From positions 32,001 to 96,000 of the forward strand of contig CBDBZU010000004.1 in assembly GCA_965213625.1 (NCBI GenBank): a stretch of 64,000 nt of DNA. Direction: 5' to 3'. A model generated the notes under the pieces. The model was given only the letters and a program-made list of their open reading frames with translations. It was not told where the DNA came from and searched no databases. The stretch comes from a bacterium (lineage in GTDB: Bacteria > UBA8248). Of this stretch, positions 31,668-41,634 are shown one piece after another (within the stretch, counting starts at the first letter, position 1; every line of letters starts with the position of its first letter). A program made the position numbers and the translations under genes.

Positions 31668-34007
31668 CTAGTCGCCGAGCGCTTGCCCGTGTTTCGTCCT
31701 GTCGAGCGTCAGCAGAAGCGGCGGTAGTAAAAAGAGGTCCGCAACGAGCGCAATGATGACCGTCATTCCGACCAGCAACCCGAGCGTCTGATTGGTCACT
31801 AGCCCCGATGCGCCAAAGACGAAAAACGCCACCGCAAAAATCAAGGTTGTGCTTAGCAGCGGTTTTCCAACGAGTTCGAAAGTCGGCGCGATAGCTTCGG
31901 AAGGTGATTTGCCCTCTGCGCGTGATTTCAGGTATTTGGACAGGAGATGGATGGTATCGTCCACAACGATGGCAAACGCTATCGCGGTAACGATTGACGC
32001 CGCAATATTCACGTTTCCCGCGGCGTAACCCCAAGCCCCCAGGGACATGATTGCCGGAACGAAATTGGGTATTAAGCTCAGAAGCCCCAAACGAAGGCTT
32101 TTGAATGCAAAAATCAACAGCAGTGAGACGATCGAGATCGCGATGAAGGTTCCGAGTAACATGTTCACGATGTTTCTCATCACCGAGTAAGCGCCGACAA
32201 TGGCGACGCCGGTCGCTCCGGTTCGCATTTGCGGCGCATTTTTTCCCAGCCAGGCAGAAGCGCGATTGTCCAGCTCGATTTGCTCTTTGACCGACATTCC
32301 CCCGATCACGACGGTCATCCGGGTCGCCGAACGCTCAAAGTTGATGAGATTGTTTATGTCGCGGCCGACCGGTAGAGAGAACTCGTATAAAAGCAGGTAT
32401 TGCGCCGCAAGGTCGGAGTTTGCCGGCAGTGCATAGGTGCCTTTTGCGTCATTGCGCAGATTCTGATTAATCCGCTTCATGATATCAGCAATCGAGGTGA
32501 CGTGAGAAACTTCAGGCTGTTTGCGAAGCCAATTGGCGAACGAATCCACCCGATGCAGGTACTCAATGTCGGTGATTCCCCCTGCACGCCCGGAATTCAG
32601 TGAATACTCAAAGGAATCCAGCCCGGAAAAGTTCTCGTTTATGAAATCCCCCGATCGGCGCAACTCGTAGCTTTCGTTAAGCAGCTTGGCATTGTTGTTG
32701 TCATTCAGTTTAATTCTCGAGACGCCATATGCGCTCACCAGAACGAGTATGACGAAAGTCCAAAGCAACAAGGTGCTTTTGGAAACGACGAAATCTCCCA
32801 AACGCTTGAAAGTTTTCGTTCCGTTTCTCTTTTCGGCGGGCGCCCGCATGGGCATCATCGCCAACAATGCGGGCAAAAGCGTGACCGCGTAAGCGAATGC
32901 GCACATGGCGCCGAACGCAACGATATTTCCCATCACTCGAAACGGGGGCATTTCCGAGAAATTCAGGCTCAGAAAACCGATCATGGTGGTGAGCGAAGTG
33001 AGGAATATCGGATGGGCATTGATTTGCAGGGAATGAACAACAGCGGCTTTACGTTCCATTCCACGAAGCATTCCATCGGTCATTCCTTCGATCAGATGGA
33101 CGGAGTGTGCGATGGCAATCGCCATCAGAACGAATACCGCGGCGCCGCTTTCCGCATAGAATTTCAATCCGAACCAGCCGGTTAAACCGAAACTCGATGC
33201 CATCACCGCAATTATCATCGCAATAATTCCACAAACGCTCCAAACCGAACGCAGCAATAGAATGGCCACCAGAACCATCATCGCAAACGCGATGGGCGCC
33301 AAAAAGGACATATCTTCATTCAGCGCCTCGCGAACCGCCCGATTCAACAACAGTTCACCATAGATGTGATATTCGATATCGGGGTTGGACGCGCGCTGTT
33401 TGTTGACGAGACCGTAGAGACCGTCGACCACTTCGATTTTGCGCTGTTTCCTTTTCTCATCGGGAATAGCCAGGCTCACGATCAGCCCGGCTACACGACC
33501 GTCGCGAGAGACGAAACGGCCGGCCGTTTCCTGTGTGGTGAGCGCAATCTCTCGAACACGGGCGAGTTTGACCTCGTCCAGCGAAGCCGCATCGTCGACC
33601 AGCTGCTCGACAATCAGTGTGTCCTCGATTCCCTCGGTGTGTAGGTAATTGGTTATCGAATCGACACGGACAGAATAAGGCGTTTGCCACAACACCTCCG
33701 TCAGTTGCTCAATCGCAACGAGTGCTTTGCGCGTGAAAACGGTGTCGTTCGGCGGGGCGACAATGACGAGCACGCTGTCCGACACTGCGTAGGTCTTTTC
33801 GAAATCGTCGAGTTTGATCAAATGCGGATCATCTTCATCGAAGTGATTTCGGATGCCTACATTGACGGTAATCAGGTGCTGCACTCCCGCGGCGAGAACC
33901 GCGGTCACCAGGAATGTGACGGCTATCGTCCAGAAGTATTGACCCACTACCAGATCGAAAAAACCGGACTTCGACTTGGATGTCATGTTATGTGCGCTTT
34001 CCCGCAT
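31668..34007 (-). CDS. MMPL / RND-superfamily lipid transporter
   Basis: 779 aa with two repeats of TM + periplasmic domain + 5 TM; PIFLTSLTTMIGFLSL and AIVVDDTIH motifs. Confidence 0.88.
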   Translation of the reverse strand: MRESAHNMTSKSKSGFFDLVVGQYFWTIAVTFLVTAVLAAGVQHLITVNVGIRNHFDEDDPHLIKLDDFEKTYAVSDSVLVIVAPPNDTVFTRKALVAIEQLTEVLWQTPYSVRVDSITNYLHTEGIEDTLIVEQLVDDAASLDEVKLARVREIALTTQETAGRFVSRDGRVAGLIVSLAIPDEKRKQRKIEVVDGLYGLVNKQRASNPDIEYHIYGELLLNRAVREALNEDMSFLAPIAFAMMVLVAILLLRSVWSVCGIIAMIIAVMASSFGLTGWFGLKFYAESGAAVFVLMAIAIAHSVHLIEGMTDGMLRGMERKAAVVHSLQINAHPIFLTSLTTMIGFLSLNFSEMPPFRVMGNIVAFGAMCAFAYAVTLLPALLAMMPMRAPAEKRNGTKTFKRLGDFVVSKSTLLLWTFVILVLVSAYGVSRIKLNDNNNAKLLNESYELRRSGDFINENFSGLDSFEYSLNSGRAGGITDIEYLHRVDSFANWLRKQPEVSHVTSIADIMKRINQNLRNDAKGTYALPANSDLAAQYLLLYEFSLPVGRDINNLINFERSATRMTVVIGGMSVKEQIELDNRASAWLGKNAPQMRTGATGVAIVGAYSVMRNIVNMLLGTFIAISIVSLLLIFAFKSLRLGLLSLIPNFVPAIMSLGAWGYAAGNVNIAASIVTAIAFAIVVDDTIHLLSKYLKSRAEGKSPSEAIAPTFELVGKPLLSTTLIFAVAFFVFGASGLVTNQTLGLLVGMTVIIALVADLFLLPPLLLTLDRTKHGQALGD

Positions 34008-34689
34008 GATTTGATTCCTTCTCGCGGTGCCGACTCCTGCAGCATCCGGTAATCTTTTTTCCCATACCTCTATAATATCTGCCTTCTATTGTATGGCTTC
34101 ATGTCCATGGCCGCCACTTTTTTTATGACAGGTTGGCTTCTCGCGGGAGCAGACCATCAGACAACTCCGTCGAGACGACGGATCAGCGGTTCTGTGACGG
34201 AGATCCAGTCGTCCCGCATCGGGCGCGCCGACGCGCTGCTCCTCACGAGCACCCATGCCCGCGATTTGCTTAAAGGCGGGGGCGCGACGCTCGTCGGGGA
34301 GACGGTCGAGACGTTCGATTGCGCGGGCGCGCGCTGCGTCGCTCGGAACGGGACGGCGGTCTCAGCCTCTCCTGGGCGCACAACGTAATACGCCCCGGCC
34401 ATGAATGCGCTCGCCTTGACGGCCCAACAGGCACCATTGAGAAAGATCCGGTGTCGGTGTATATTTGTCGAATATTCGTTCAGCTTTGAGAAAAAGCGTC
34501 GTCTCATGAGAAAATGCGAACCAGCCGCTTTAGGCGCATATTCTCCTTGTGATTTGCTGCCTTGGGGAAAGCGGCGAGTCGCCCCTTCCGGCATCCTCTA
34601 GTGGAAACCTCCTGAAGAAAGAATGCAGCATCTCCCTCTTGCCGGGAGGGGCGGCGCTCGAACACATCATTTTCATTCGGGAGGGAAAG

Positions 34690-34960
34690 ATGCGGAAATC
34701 AGATATCTCGACCCATGTCGCAGATAGGGTCTCTCTCTAAGGCCGAAGCGCGAAGCGCTGTGGATGAGCTATTGGGTATCGTCGGGGATGCTCTCGCTCG
34801 CGGGGAGAGGGTCTACCTACCGGGTCTCGGGGCGTTCTCGCTCAGGAGCCGCCCGGCGCGGCGGGGACGGAACCCACGCACGGGGGAGCGCATCGACTTG
34901 CCGGCTTCGAAGACGCCACATTTCAAGGCCGCCAAGGCGCTCAGTAACACAGTGCGCTAA
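34690..34960 (+). pseudogene. HU/IHF-family DNA-binding protein, frameshifted
   Basis: MRKSDISTHVADRVSL stops in the (CT)4 run at 34731-34738. The next frame continues SKAEARSAVD...GLGAFSLRSRPARRGRNPRTGE. Confidence 0.85.
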
Positions 34961-35544
34961 CACCGGCGTCGAATAGGTCCCCGGTGATGCCGTCCGCGAA
35001 GCAACCCAAGGCCTTCCATCGCCGAATCGCTAGTAAGGTGCGCTTAGCGCGTCGTAGTTTCGCTCTTGATCCGGCCCGGGAGTTTCTCCGCGAAGCCGAA
35101 ACAAGCCGCCAGCGTCGCCGAAATCGGCCACCTCCGATTCGACCGTATTATGCGTTGAGGCGTAAGGGCTACACAAGTCCTCACGCATTATATGCGCCGC
35201 GCTCTCGATACCCGGGGTTTTGAGCCCCCTGGGATGGAAATGCGACGCCCCAAAACGCCGTCTCCGGTGGCGCGGTTCGCCACGAGAGCATTATCCTGAG
35301 CCACTTGATCGTCAAGGGACGCAGCCGCAACACCGACCGGCTGTCCCTCACACCAGAGGAATGGCCCGCCGTCTGCGATGCGCATGAGTATCTATTCGCG
35401 CCGGAAGATTTCGAGGCATGGGACCGCAGGACACGCTCCCTGAGTGACCTCGCACGCGCAATTCGGCGAAAAAACGCTTGTTAATGAATTATTTTTCACT
35501 GTCGGGAGGGAATCGGGACATCCCGTTCTCGCTGAACCGCTCGC

Positions 35545-35892
35545 TCAGACCCACGAACGACCCGACGAACACGCCCGTACGGCCGTCGCTCTCCTCGAAA
35601 TCAGCGTAGGTGAGGCCCGCCGCCAGCCGGGGGTTCCCGTCCGTGTCCTGGCGGCTGGACAGGGCCCCCAAGAATTTTCCTGGTGGCGGACTGTATCGAG
35701 TGTGCGGATGCGGCCATCGTGGTAGCCCACGTCGATGCTGTGGACGCCATCGACAGAGGTCGTCCGCGTGCGAAACGGTTGAGGTGTGGGCGTAAGCGTG
35801 GGCATCGAAATTAATAGCGGAGAGGAACCGCCACCGAAACAGCCCGCCGTCAGCGAAACCAGTAACAGGGTAATCAGTGTCCGGAGATTCAT
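35545..35892 (-). pseudogene. Probable lipoprotein remnant
   Basis: Signal peptide with lipobox LTAGC; the downstream sequence appears degenerate. Confidence 0.4.
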
Positions 35893-36267
35893 ATGCAGTC
35901 CTTTGCACGAAACGAGCCAGTGAAAAAACGGGGCGTTCGATCCTCTTCCCCGGTAGTCCCGACGACAGGAACGCCGGGAACGACCGCCAGATGTCCAGTA
36001 TACACTATCAATATGGGGTTGGTGTGAAGATTCGGGATGATGACTATGATAACATAATCATCGTGGAGAGATATGCCAAATTTTCAAGTGGCACACGAAC
36101 CTTCAGCGGCAAGGAATTCAGGTCGACCTCTCTGTCGCTCGAGGCTCTGCAAGCTCGCTTACGATCTTTCAGGCGACGTTCCTCGTACAAGTCACATCCG
36201 AAACCCGAATAGAAAGAGAATCTGCCTGCATACACGAAATGTTCGAGAGGAGGAAACGCTGCCCTGA

Positions 36268-37332
36268 ATGGCCAAAACCCGCGCCTCCCCTCAAATAAGC
36301 CTCATTTTCACGGTACCGGGCCCCTGCAGCCGGGCACCGCCCTTGGACCCGATAACGTTCGTTCGATCATTAGGGGCGATCTTTCATTCTGCATCAAAGA
36401 CTGAAGAAGTGATGCGAAAGGAAATGGAATTCACCGACTTCAAGCGCCACTACTTGGGCGAGTTTCCGAACAAAGATGCGCCGGCGCAGGACGTTTTACG
36501 TTATGGACGCGTAAAGCTGGAATCAGGAGCCACCCAGGCCCATGGCCACACGCAAGGGGCTTGGAGTTTTTCGTTCACGCCGAGCGGTGATAGGATTGAA
36601 AGATTCACACCGCCCTTGGTGAGTAAACGCCTCATGAACAAATGGTTGCGTCGTCCGGGAGCTCCGCACACGATTCCCTTGAATCCCGAGGAAATGAATG
36701 AAGTCTGCTCTGTCCTGGCGGGAGAGTTCGACGAACCCGATGAGGTTTTCATGAATTTCATGGTGCGCCTCCCCGGCTGGGCGAGACTCGAGTTCGAAAA
36801 CGTCGACAGATTGTTCGGGGAATTGACGAGGGGCCATGCGCCCCTGCTTGACTTCGTTAAAATGTGCCGGGTGCGGGTATATGACGATCGGCGAACCTTG
36901 GAGATTGCCTATCGCCGCCTTTGGCTGCTCGACAGCGTTCGAATACGTGCGGACGCTGAAGAGGAGGAGTGGCGTTTTCGTGCGATTGAGGCGGCGTCCC
37001 GGGTTCTCGAGAGCCGCGGGGAGCGTGTCCAGGCTTGCCGTTTCATAGTCTTGCTCCAGGGGTTCCTGTGGCTGGCGTTTCAGGCGTTTTCGGGTGCATC
37101 GCTAGTGTATCTGTGGAACATCGGGCGGACGGATACGAATCTCCTATGGGCGGGCGCCGCGGCCTTCTCGCTGTCTGCTGCCACGTTCGCGCCCGGCCTT
37201 TTGAAGCGGATGTTTCCCCAGGATACGGAAGTAGAGGCGAGAAGCCCACTGCGCCTGTTTCTGGGTGTGGTTTCTATGCTTTCGAGTATCGTTGCGGCTG
37301 TAGCGGTGATACTCGGCCTCGCCGGCATATGA
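36268..37332 (+). CDS. Hypothetical protein with three C-terminal transmembrane helices
   Basis: 354 aa ORF; true start may be ~36412. Confidence 0.55.
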   Translation: MAKTRASPQISLIFTVPGPCSRAPPLDPITFVRSLGAIFHSASKTEEVMRKEMEFTDFKRHYLGEFPNKDAPAQDVLRYGRVKLESGATQAHGHTQGAWSFSFTPSGDRIERFTPPLVSKRLMNKWLRRPGAPHTIPLNPEEMNEVCSVLAGEFDEPDEVFMNFMVRLPGWARLEFENVDRLFGELTRGHAPLLDFVKMCRVRVYDDRRTLEIAYRRLWLLDSVRIRADAEEEEWRFRAIEAASRVLESRGERVQACRFIVLLQGFLWLAFQAFSGASLVYLWNIGRTDTNLLWAGAAAFSLSAATFAPGLLKRMFPQDTEVEARSPLRLFLGVVSMLSSIVAAVAVILGLAGI

Positions 37333-37365
37333 GCGCATGGCGTCGTTTATTCGGTAAACTTGAAA

Positions 37366-38010
37366 ATGACCACCGGGACGAGGGGAGCTAGAAACGCCCA
37401 AAGGAAGTTCGGTGACCTCCCAGTACCTTTGGGTCTGTCTCTGCTCGGCAACCTTCACCAGATTCGTTTTGCGAGGATGCACTGCATACTCGAGAGATGG
37501 GCGGATCGATACGGGCCGATCTATTGCATATCGCTGGGCAGGCGAAATTACGCGGTGGTCTCGGAACCGGACGCCATAGCCCATATACTGGGGAAGCGGC
37601 CCCACGGCTTCCGGCGCGAGAAGTCGAGCACCTGAGACGGTGCTGGGAACGCGCGGCCGATCATGGAGAGGCGATAGACCCCTACCGTGACCTCATGCGC
37701 TTCACCGCCCGTGTCACTATGCAATTCGTCTTCAGCGTCGACCTCGGCGCGCCCGAAAGTCCCGGCGCATCCATCCGTCACCATCTCGCCGCCATATTCC
37801 CGGTGTTGCACCGCCGTCTGAATCTGCCCTTACCCTTTTGGAGGTGCTTCCGGCTGCCTTCGGATCGAGCGCTCGAACGCGCTCTTGCCGGACTGAAAGC
37901 CGAGGTTCGCGACATGATCCGCACTGCTAAGGAACGAATGGAAGAAAACCCGCGGCGCAGCGTTACGCCTGGGAATTTCATCGAAGCCTCAATCGCCGCC
38001 AGAGGATGTG
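37366..38010 (+). pseudogene. Cytochrome P450 remnant (internally deleted, 3'-truncated)
   Basis: LPVPLGLSLLGNLHQI...WADRYGPIY...VVSEPDAIAHIL, then in another frame DLMRFTARVT...FRLPSDRALERAL. No ExxR or heme Cys. Confidence 0.75.
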
Positions 38011-38297
38011 CACGAGCGCCTCTCCTTCACCATGGCACCCGAGAAACTTATCGTACGCATAAGGCGCAGACAAGGCGCTTCATCCGGTTCGAATTCATCC
38101 CTAATCCCTCGCCGTGCCCAGGGCTACCACGCGGACGGTCGCGATGCCCGGAGGTGAAGATTATCTTCACGCTTTTTCAACAGCCCCGTCAGTGCCTGCC
38201 AACAAACGCCGGCACATTCCATACTTATCCGATAGCACCGGGAAAAGAAGCGTTCGGGAGCTTCAGCTTCCCTCTTAGGAGAGCGTCGTTATCGTTT

Positions 38298-39183
38298 GTC
38301 GGGTAGGGCACTGGCGCGCGCACCTTTAGGCGGAGGGTTTCCAGCCCTGCCCTTTCGGTTCCAGGGTGGGGTCACAGTTCCGCCTTGAGCCACGTTTCCA
38401 GCCGCCCCCCCTAAAATTCCGTACGTCGAGTTTTCCTCGGTACGGCTTCCAGCAACAGGCACCTCCCAGTTTGGAGTGGAGTATTCCGCGGGAACACCGG
38501 GGTTTAAGACCGACCCTGCCATACCCCTCGGCGGGTCCAACGTTTACTCCGCCCTCAGGCTTCACCATGTGCAGAGCGCTTTCCCCCGCCTCTGTGTGCG
38601 GGCTGCCCGCCACGGTGTCGCCACCTGTGCCCAGAGGTCCTCGCTCCGGGTGGGTTGTGTTCTCCCACCCTTCATCGCTTGGCGACCTCGTCCGCCAGTC
38701 TGGAGGTCTCCGTCTCACTTCCCGGCGCCCCGGTTATAAAGACGGTCTTCGACATTCACAGGGTCATCCTGTCATGACCTCCACACCTTCCGGACTTTCA
38801 CTGCGCTACTTTCGAGTATTGCCGCCTTCAATACGCCGGGAGCCCCGGTTCGTGCGCCTCAGTTTCTTCTGCACCGGCACTGGCCATCGGTTAGGAGGGA
38901 GACCCTTGGCAACTCCATCTACCCCGCAAATCAGCTTCACGCGGGAAGTCCTTGTTTCGACGCTTCATCCGTTCACTTTCGTTACGGTCCTACTCGTTGC
39001 TTGCCTGCCGGGCTGATCGCACACGAGCGGCACGGCGGCCCCTCTGTACCCCGAGGCTTTTACGTCCGGGCTTCCAGAGCGCCGGGTCGCCCCGTACGTC
39101 TGCTGGATATGACTACGGCGCCAAACTGAGAATTGCGCCGGCGGGACTTTCACCCGCTAGTACCGCAGTTAGTCTCGCTGCAC
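38298..39183 (-). ncRNA. ORF-less group II intron (intron C), apparently complete
   Basis: 5' end GTGCAGCGAGACTAAC, domain V AAGCCGTACCGAGGAAAACTCGACGTACGG, an extended domain VI and 3' end CCCTACCCGAC. No RT ORF in 886 nt. Confidence 0.8.
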
Positions 39184-39235
39184 CCCTCCCGCAGGACTTT
39201 CACCAGCTGCACTGACACCAGTTAGCCTGGCGCAC
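39184..39235 (-). ncRNA. 5' fragment of another group II intron (intron B), interrupted by intron C
   Basis: GTGCGCCAGGCTAACTGG...GTGAAAGTCC, a typical 5' end and domain I start, directly abutting the 5' end of intron C. Confidence 0.65.
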
Positions 39236-39599
39236 ACCCCATCGCTTGGTCGGGTAGGAGGGGGCATTGCTGCGCCCCTCCCCCCACAGACCCGAGCGTG
39301 CGCGATTGACACACTCGGTTCCTCACCTGACAGGTTCGCTCAAGGGGTTGTCACCCTTGCTCCGCAGGTCGAGGCATTCCTCGCCTGTTTGGCTATCCAC
39401 TGCTGTTTCGTGTACGTGTTGGTGGAACTCAGAGTTTCCTCCAGCGTTTCCCATCAGTGGCTCTGTACAGATGACGCCCCGCTTCCCTCCAGTGGGTCCC
39501 GGTGGCCACGGTTCCCCGCCTTCAGCGGTACTATCAGGGCGCTACGACTTCCTGCCCTTCTCTAATCGGGACGAGCAAGTCAAGTTCCTCTGCCCTGTT

Positions 39600-39810
39600 T
39601 TTTCCAGCTCTGTTCCGCCTTTGGTTTTAGACGATACTCCATGGGGGTCTCGCTTCTCTACGTGATCGGCACCCGGTCCGGGGCCGTCAACAGGATGGGA
39701 TCGGAGAACGAGGTGGAACAATCTCGCATACGTCCTCGCACCGTCACCGACGGAGCGGAACGGGGCAGGAAGCGAACTCACCTCGTCCCTCGTCCCCACG
39801 GGAGCATCCT
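39600..39810 (-). ncRNA. Putative bridge/seek RNA of the IS110 element (boundaries approximate)
   Basis: Stem-internal loop-stem whose loop strands match both flanks of the insertion site. A second loop matches the predicted circle junction. Confidence 0.7.
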
Positions 39811-39867
39811 CCGCCAGATCGGAAGCTGCCGTAGTATTCGGATTCTTCTCCTCTTGGATTCCCAAGG

Positions 39868-40908
39868 TCAGGCGGCTACGTCATCCACGCCGTCGCGTTT
39901 CCAGCGGAACTCGCTGCCATCCATCCATATGCGGTGCATGATGACGCCGAGCCGGCGGGCAAGCGCAACCTTCGCGCGCGCCTTGCCGCGACGCTTCGCC
40001 ACACCCATCGCCCAGGCTTTCAGCCATGACCACCGCGTCGTGCGCCCGAGCAAGGCGTTGGCGGCTTCGTAGAGCGCCGCGCGCATCATCGCGTCGCCGC
40101 ACTTGGAGATTCTTCCCGTTCGGTCGACCTCTCCGGATTGCCATTTGCGAGGCGCAAGCCCGAAGTGCGCGCCCACCGAGCGCGAACGAGCAAAACGCGA
40201 TGGCACGTCGACGCTCGCCCGGAAGGTGAGCGCCGTCACCGGACCCACGCCGGGGACCGTCATCAGGCGACGGCAGACCGGGTCGACGCGCACCGCCTCC
40301 AGCATCATCCTGTGCAGCCGGACGTATTCCGCCAGCAACGCCGCTCGCGCCCGCAGCATCGGCTTCACCAGGCCCGCCAGCGCCGGGCGCTCCGCGACCA
40401 GTCCAAGCACCCGCGCCTCCAGCCCGCGGCGGGTGACCTTGCCCATCTTCAGCCCGAAGTTGCGCAGCGTGCCCCGGATGTTGGCCTCGGCGTCGCACAA
40501 CTGCTTCAGCATGAACCTGCGGTTGGCGAGGAGCATTCGTTTCTCCTGGCTCGACACCGTCTTCACGTGCACCGGGCGAATCAGGTTCGCGCGAACCAGC
40601 TGGGCGATCCCGCGCGCGTCGTCACGGTCGCTCTTGTTCACCGTCGCAGATAGTATGGCCTTCAACTGCCGCGTCTCGGCGCAAACCACCGGGAGCCCGG
40701 CCTCGGCCAGGCCGTCATGGAGCCACTGCGACAGCGGCCCCGCCTCAAGACAGATGCGCGTCACGCCGAAGTCCAGCCCGGTGAAGAACGCCGCGAGGGC
40801 CGCGGGTTCGCTCGCGACCTTCGCCTCCCGGACGATCCCGCCGTCCACGTCCACCACGCACACGCTCGTCCACTCCAACGACACGTCGAGTCCTGCAAAG
40901 TAGTTCAT
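39868..40908 (-). CDS. IS110 family transposase (DEDD recombinase)
   Basis: FAGLDVS, CLEAG, KSDRDDARGIA, VPGVG, GLAP..WQSG, ISKCGD; GGAGGAG RBS. Confidence 0.95.
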   Translation of the reverse strand: MNYFAGLDVSLEWTSVCVVDVDGGIVREAKVASEPAALAAFFTGLDFGVTRICLEAGPLSQWLHDGLAEAGLPVVCAETRQLKAILSATVNKSDRDDARGIAQLVRANLIRPVHVKTVSSQEKRMLLANRRFMLKQLCDAEANIRGTLRNFGLKMGKVTRRGLEARVLGLVAERPALAGLVKPMLRARAALLAEYVRLHRMMLEAVRVDPVCRRLMTVPGVGPVTALTFRASVDVPSRFARSRSVGAHFGLAPRKWQSGEVDRTGRISKCGDAMMRAALYEAANALLGRTTRWSWLKAWAMGVAKRRGKARAKVALARRLGVIMHRIWMDGSEFRWKRDGVDDVAA

Positions 40909-41634
40909 GACTGCTCCTCCTGCGGGCGCGTAGAGACCGGACCATCCCGGCCTCGCCTCGATCATATGACAGAGGAACATCCCCTACACGCGGTAGTTCG
41001 AGGGCCGACCCGATTATCCCATCTCGCATCTCCTTCGGCTTATTGTTTTCACCAGCCGGTTCCGCGGGCGCCTGCCGGGTTCGTGTCCGCCATGGGGCGC
41101 TCCCGCCGCCGTGCAAGCCCGGCGACGGACCGGGGTCTGGATTTTCATGCTGGCCGTCCCCTTTCCAGCGTTCTTGCCCACGGGCAAGAGCAGGATCTCC
41201 CAGGTTCCCTGGCGACCCATCCCCGTAACTTTGCGCCGGTCCACGACCCCGGACGACCCGTTGCGCCTCGCCGATAGCGGCGCTTCCGGTGCTGCCCCCA
41301 CACGATTAACAATGAAGGCGTCGTCGATTCACCGATTTCGAGGCTTACCCCACCGCTTCGTCACCTGCTGTCTACGCTTCACGACGCACGTTGCCGCACG
41401 CCATGCAAGACTCGCTTCCGGCTGGCTGGCTTCGCCTTTGCCGGGCGGGAGTCGAACCCGCTGGGTCGCTACGAGAGGTTTCAGGTCATGGCGTCCTCCT
41501 CTCCAGGGCTTAGCCTGGCGCAATAAACGTTCGGCGACAGGGTGATGGCGCCGGGTTTACTCATTCCGGACTTAAGCAAAAGGTTCTTGTTGAGGGGCTG
41601 GTAACATCATCCGGCATGTGGTAATCATGTCGGC

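Larger units (their letters stand above)
39561..41024 (-). mobile_element. IS110-family insertion sequence
   Basis: Transposase flanked by a short left end and a ~300 nt right end. Core AGA (TCT on +) is present at both junctions; removing the element restores continuous intron sequence. Confidence 0.88.
39249..41523 (-). mobile_element. Group II intron A with deleted IEP, interrupted by IS110
   Basis: 5' TTGCGCCAGGCTAAG; GGAACCTGGGAGATCC; domain III AGTACCGCTGAAGGCGGGGAA; a short IEP-start-like relic (TKQQWIAKQAR); domain V GAACCGAGTGTGTCAATCGCGCACGCTCGG; 3' end CCTACCCGAC. Confidence 0.82.

Noticed and set aside
38298-41523. Retron or diversity-generating retroelement
   Set aside because: No reverse transcriptase ORF and no TR/VR pair; the RNA motifs are group II intron domains.
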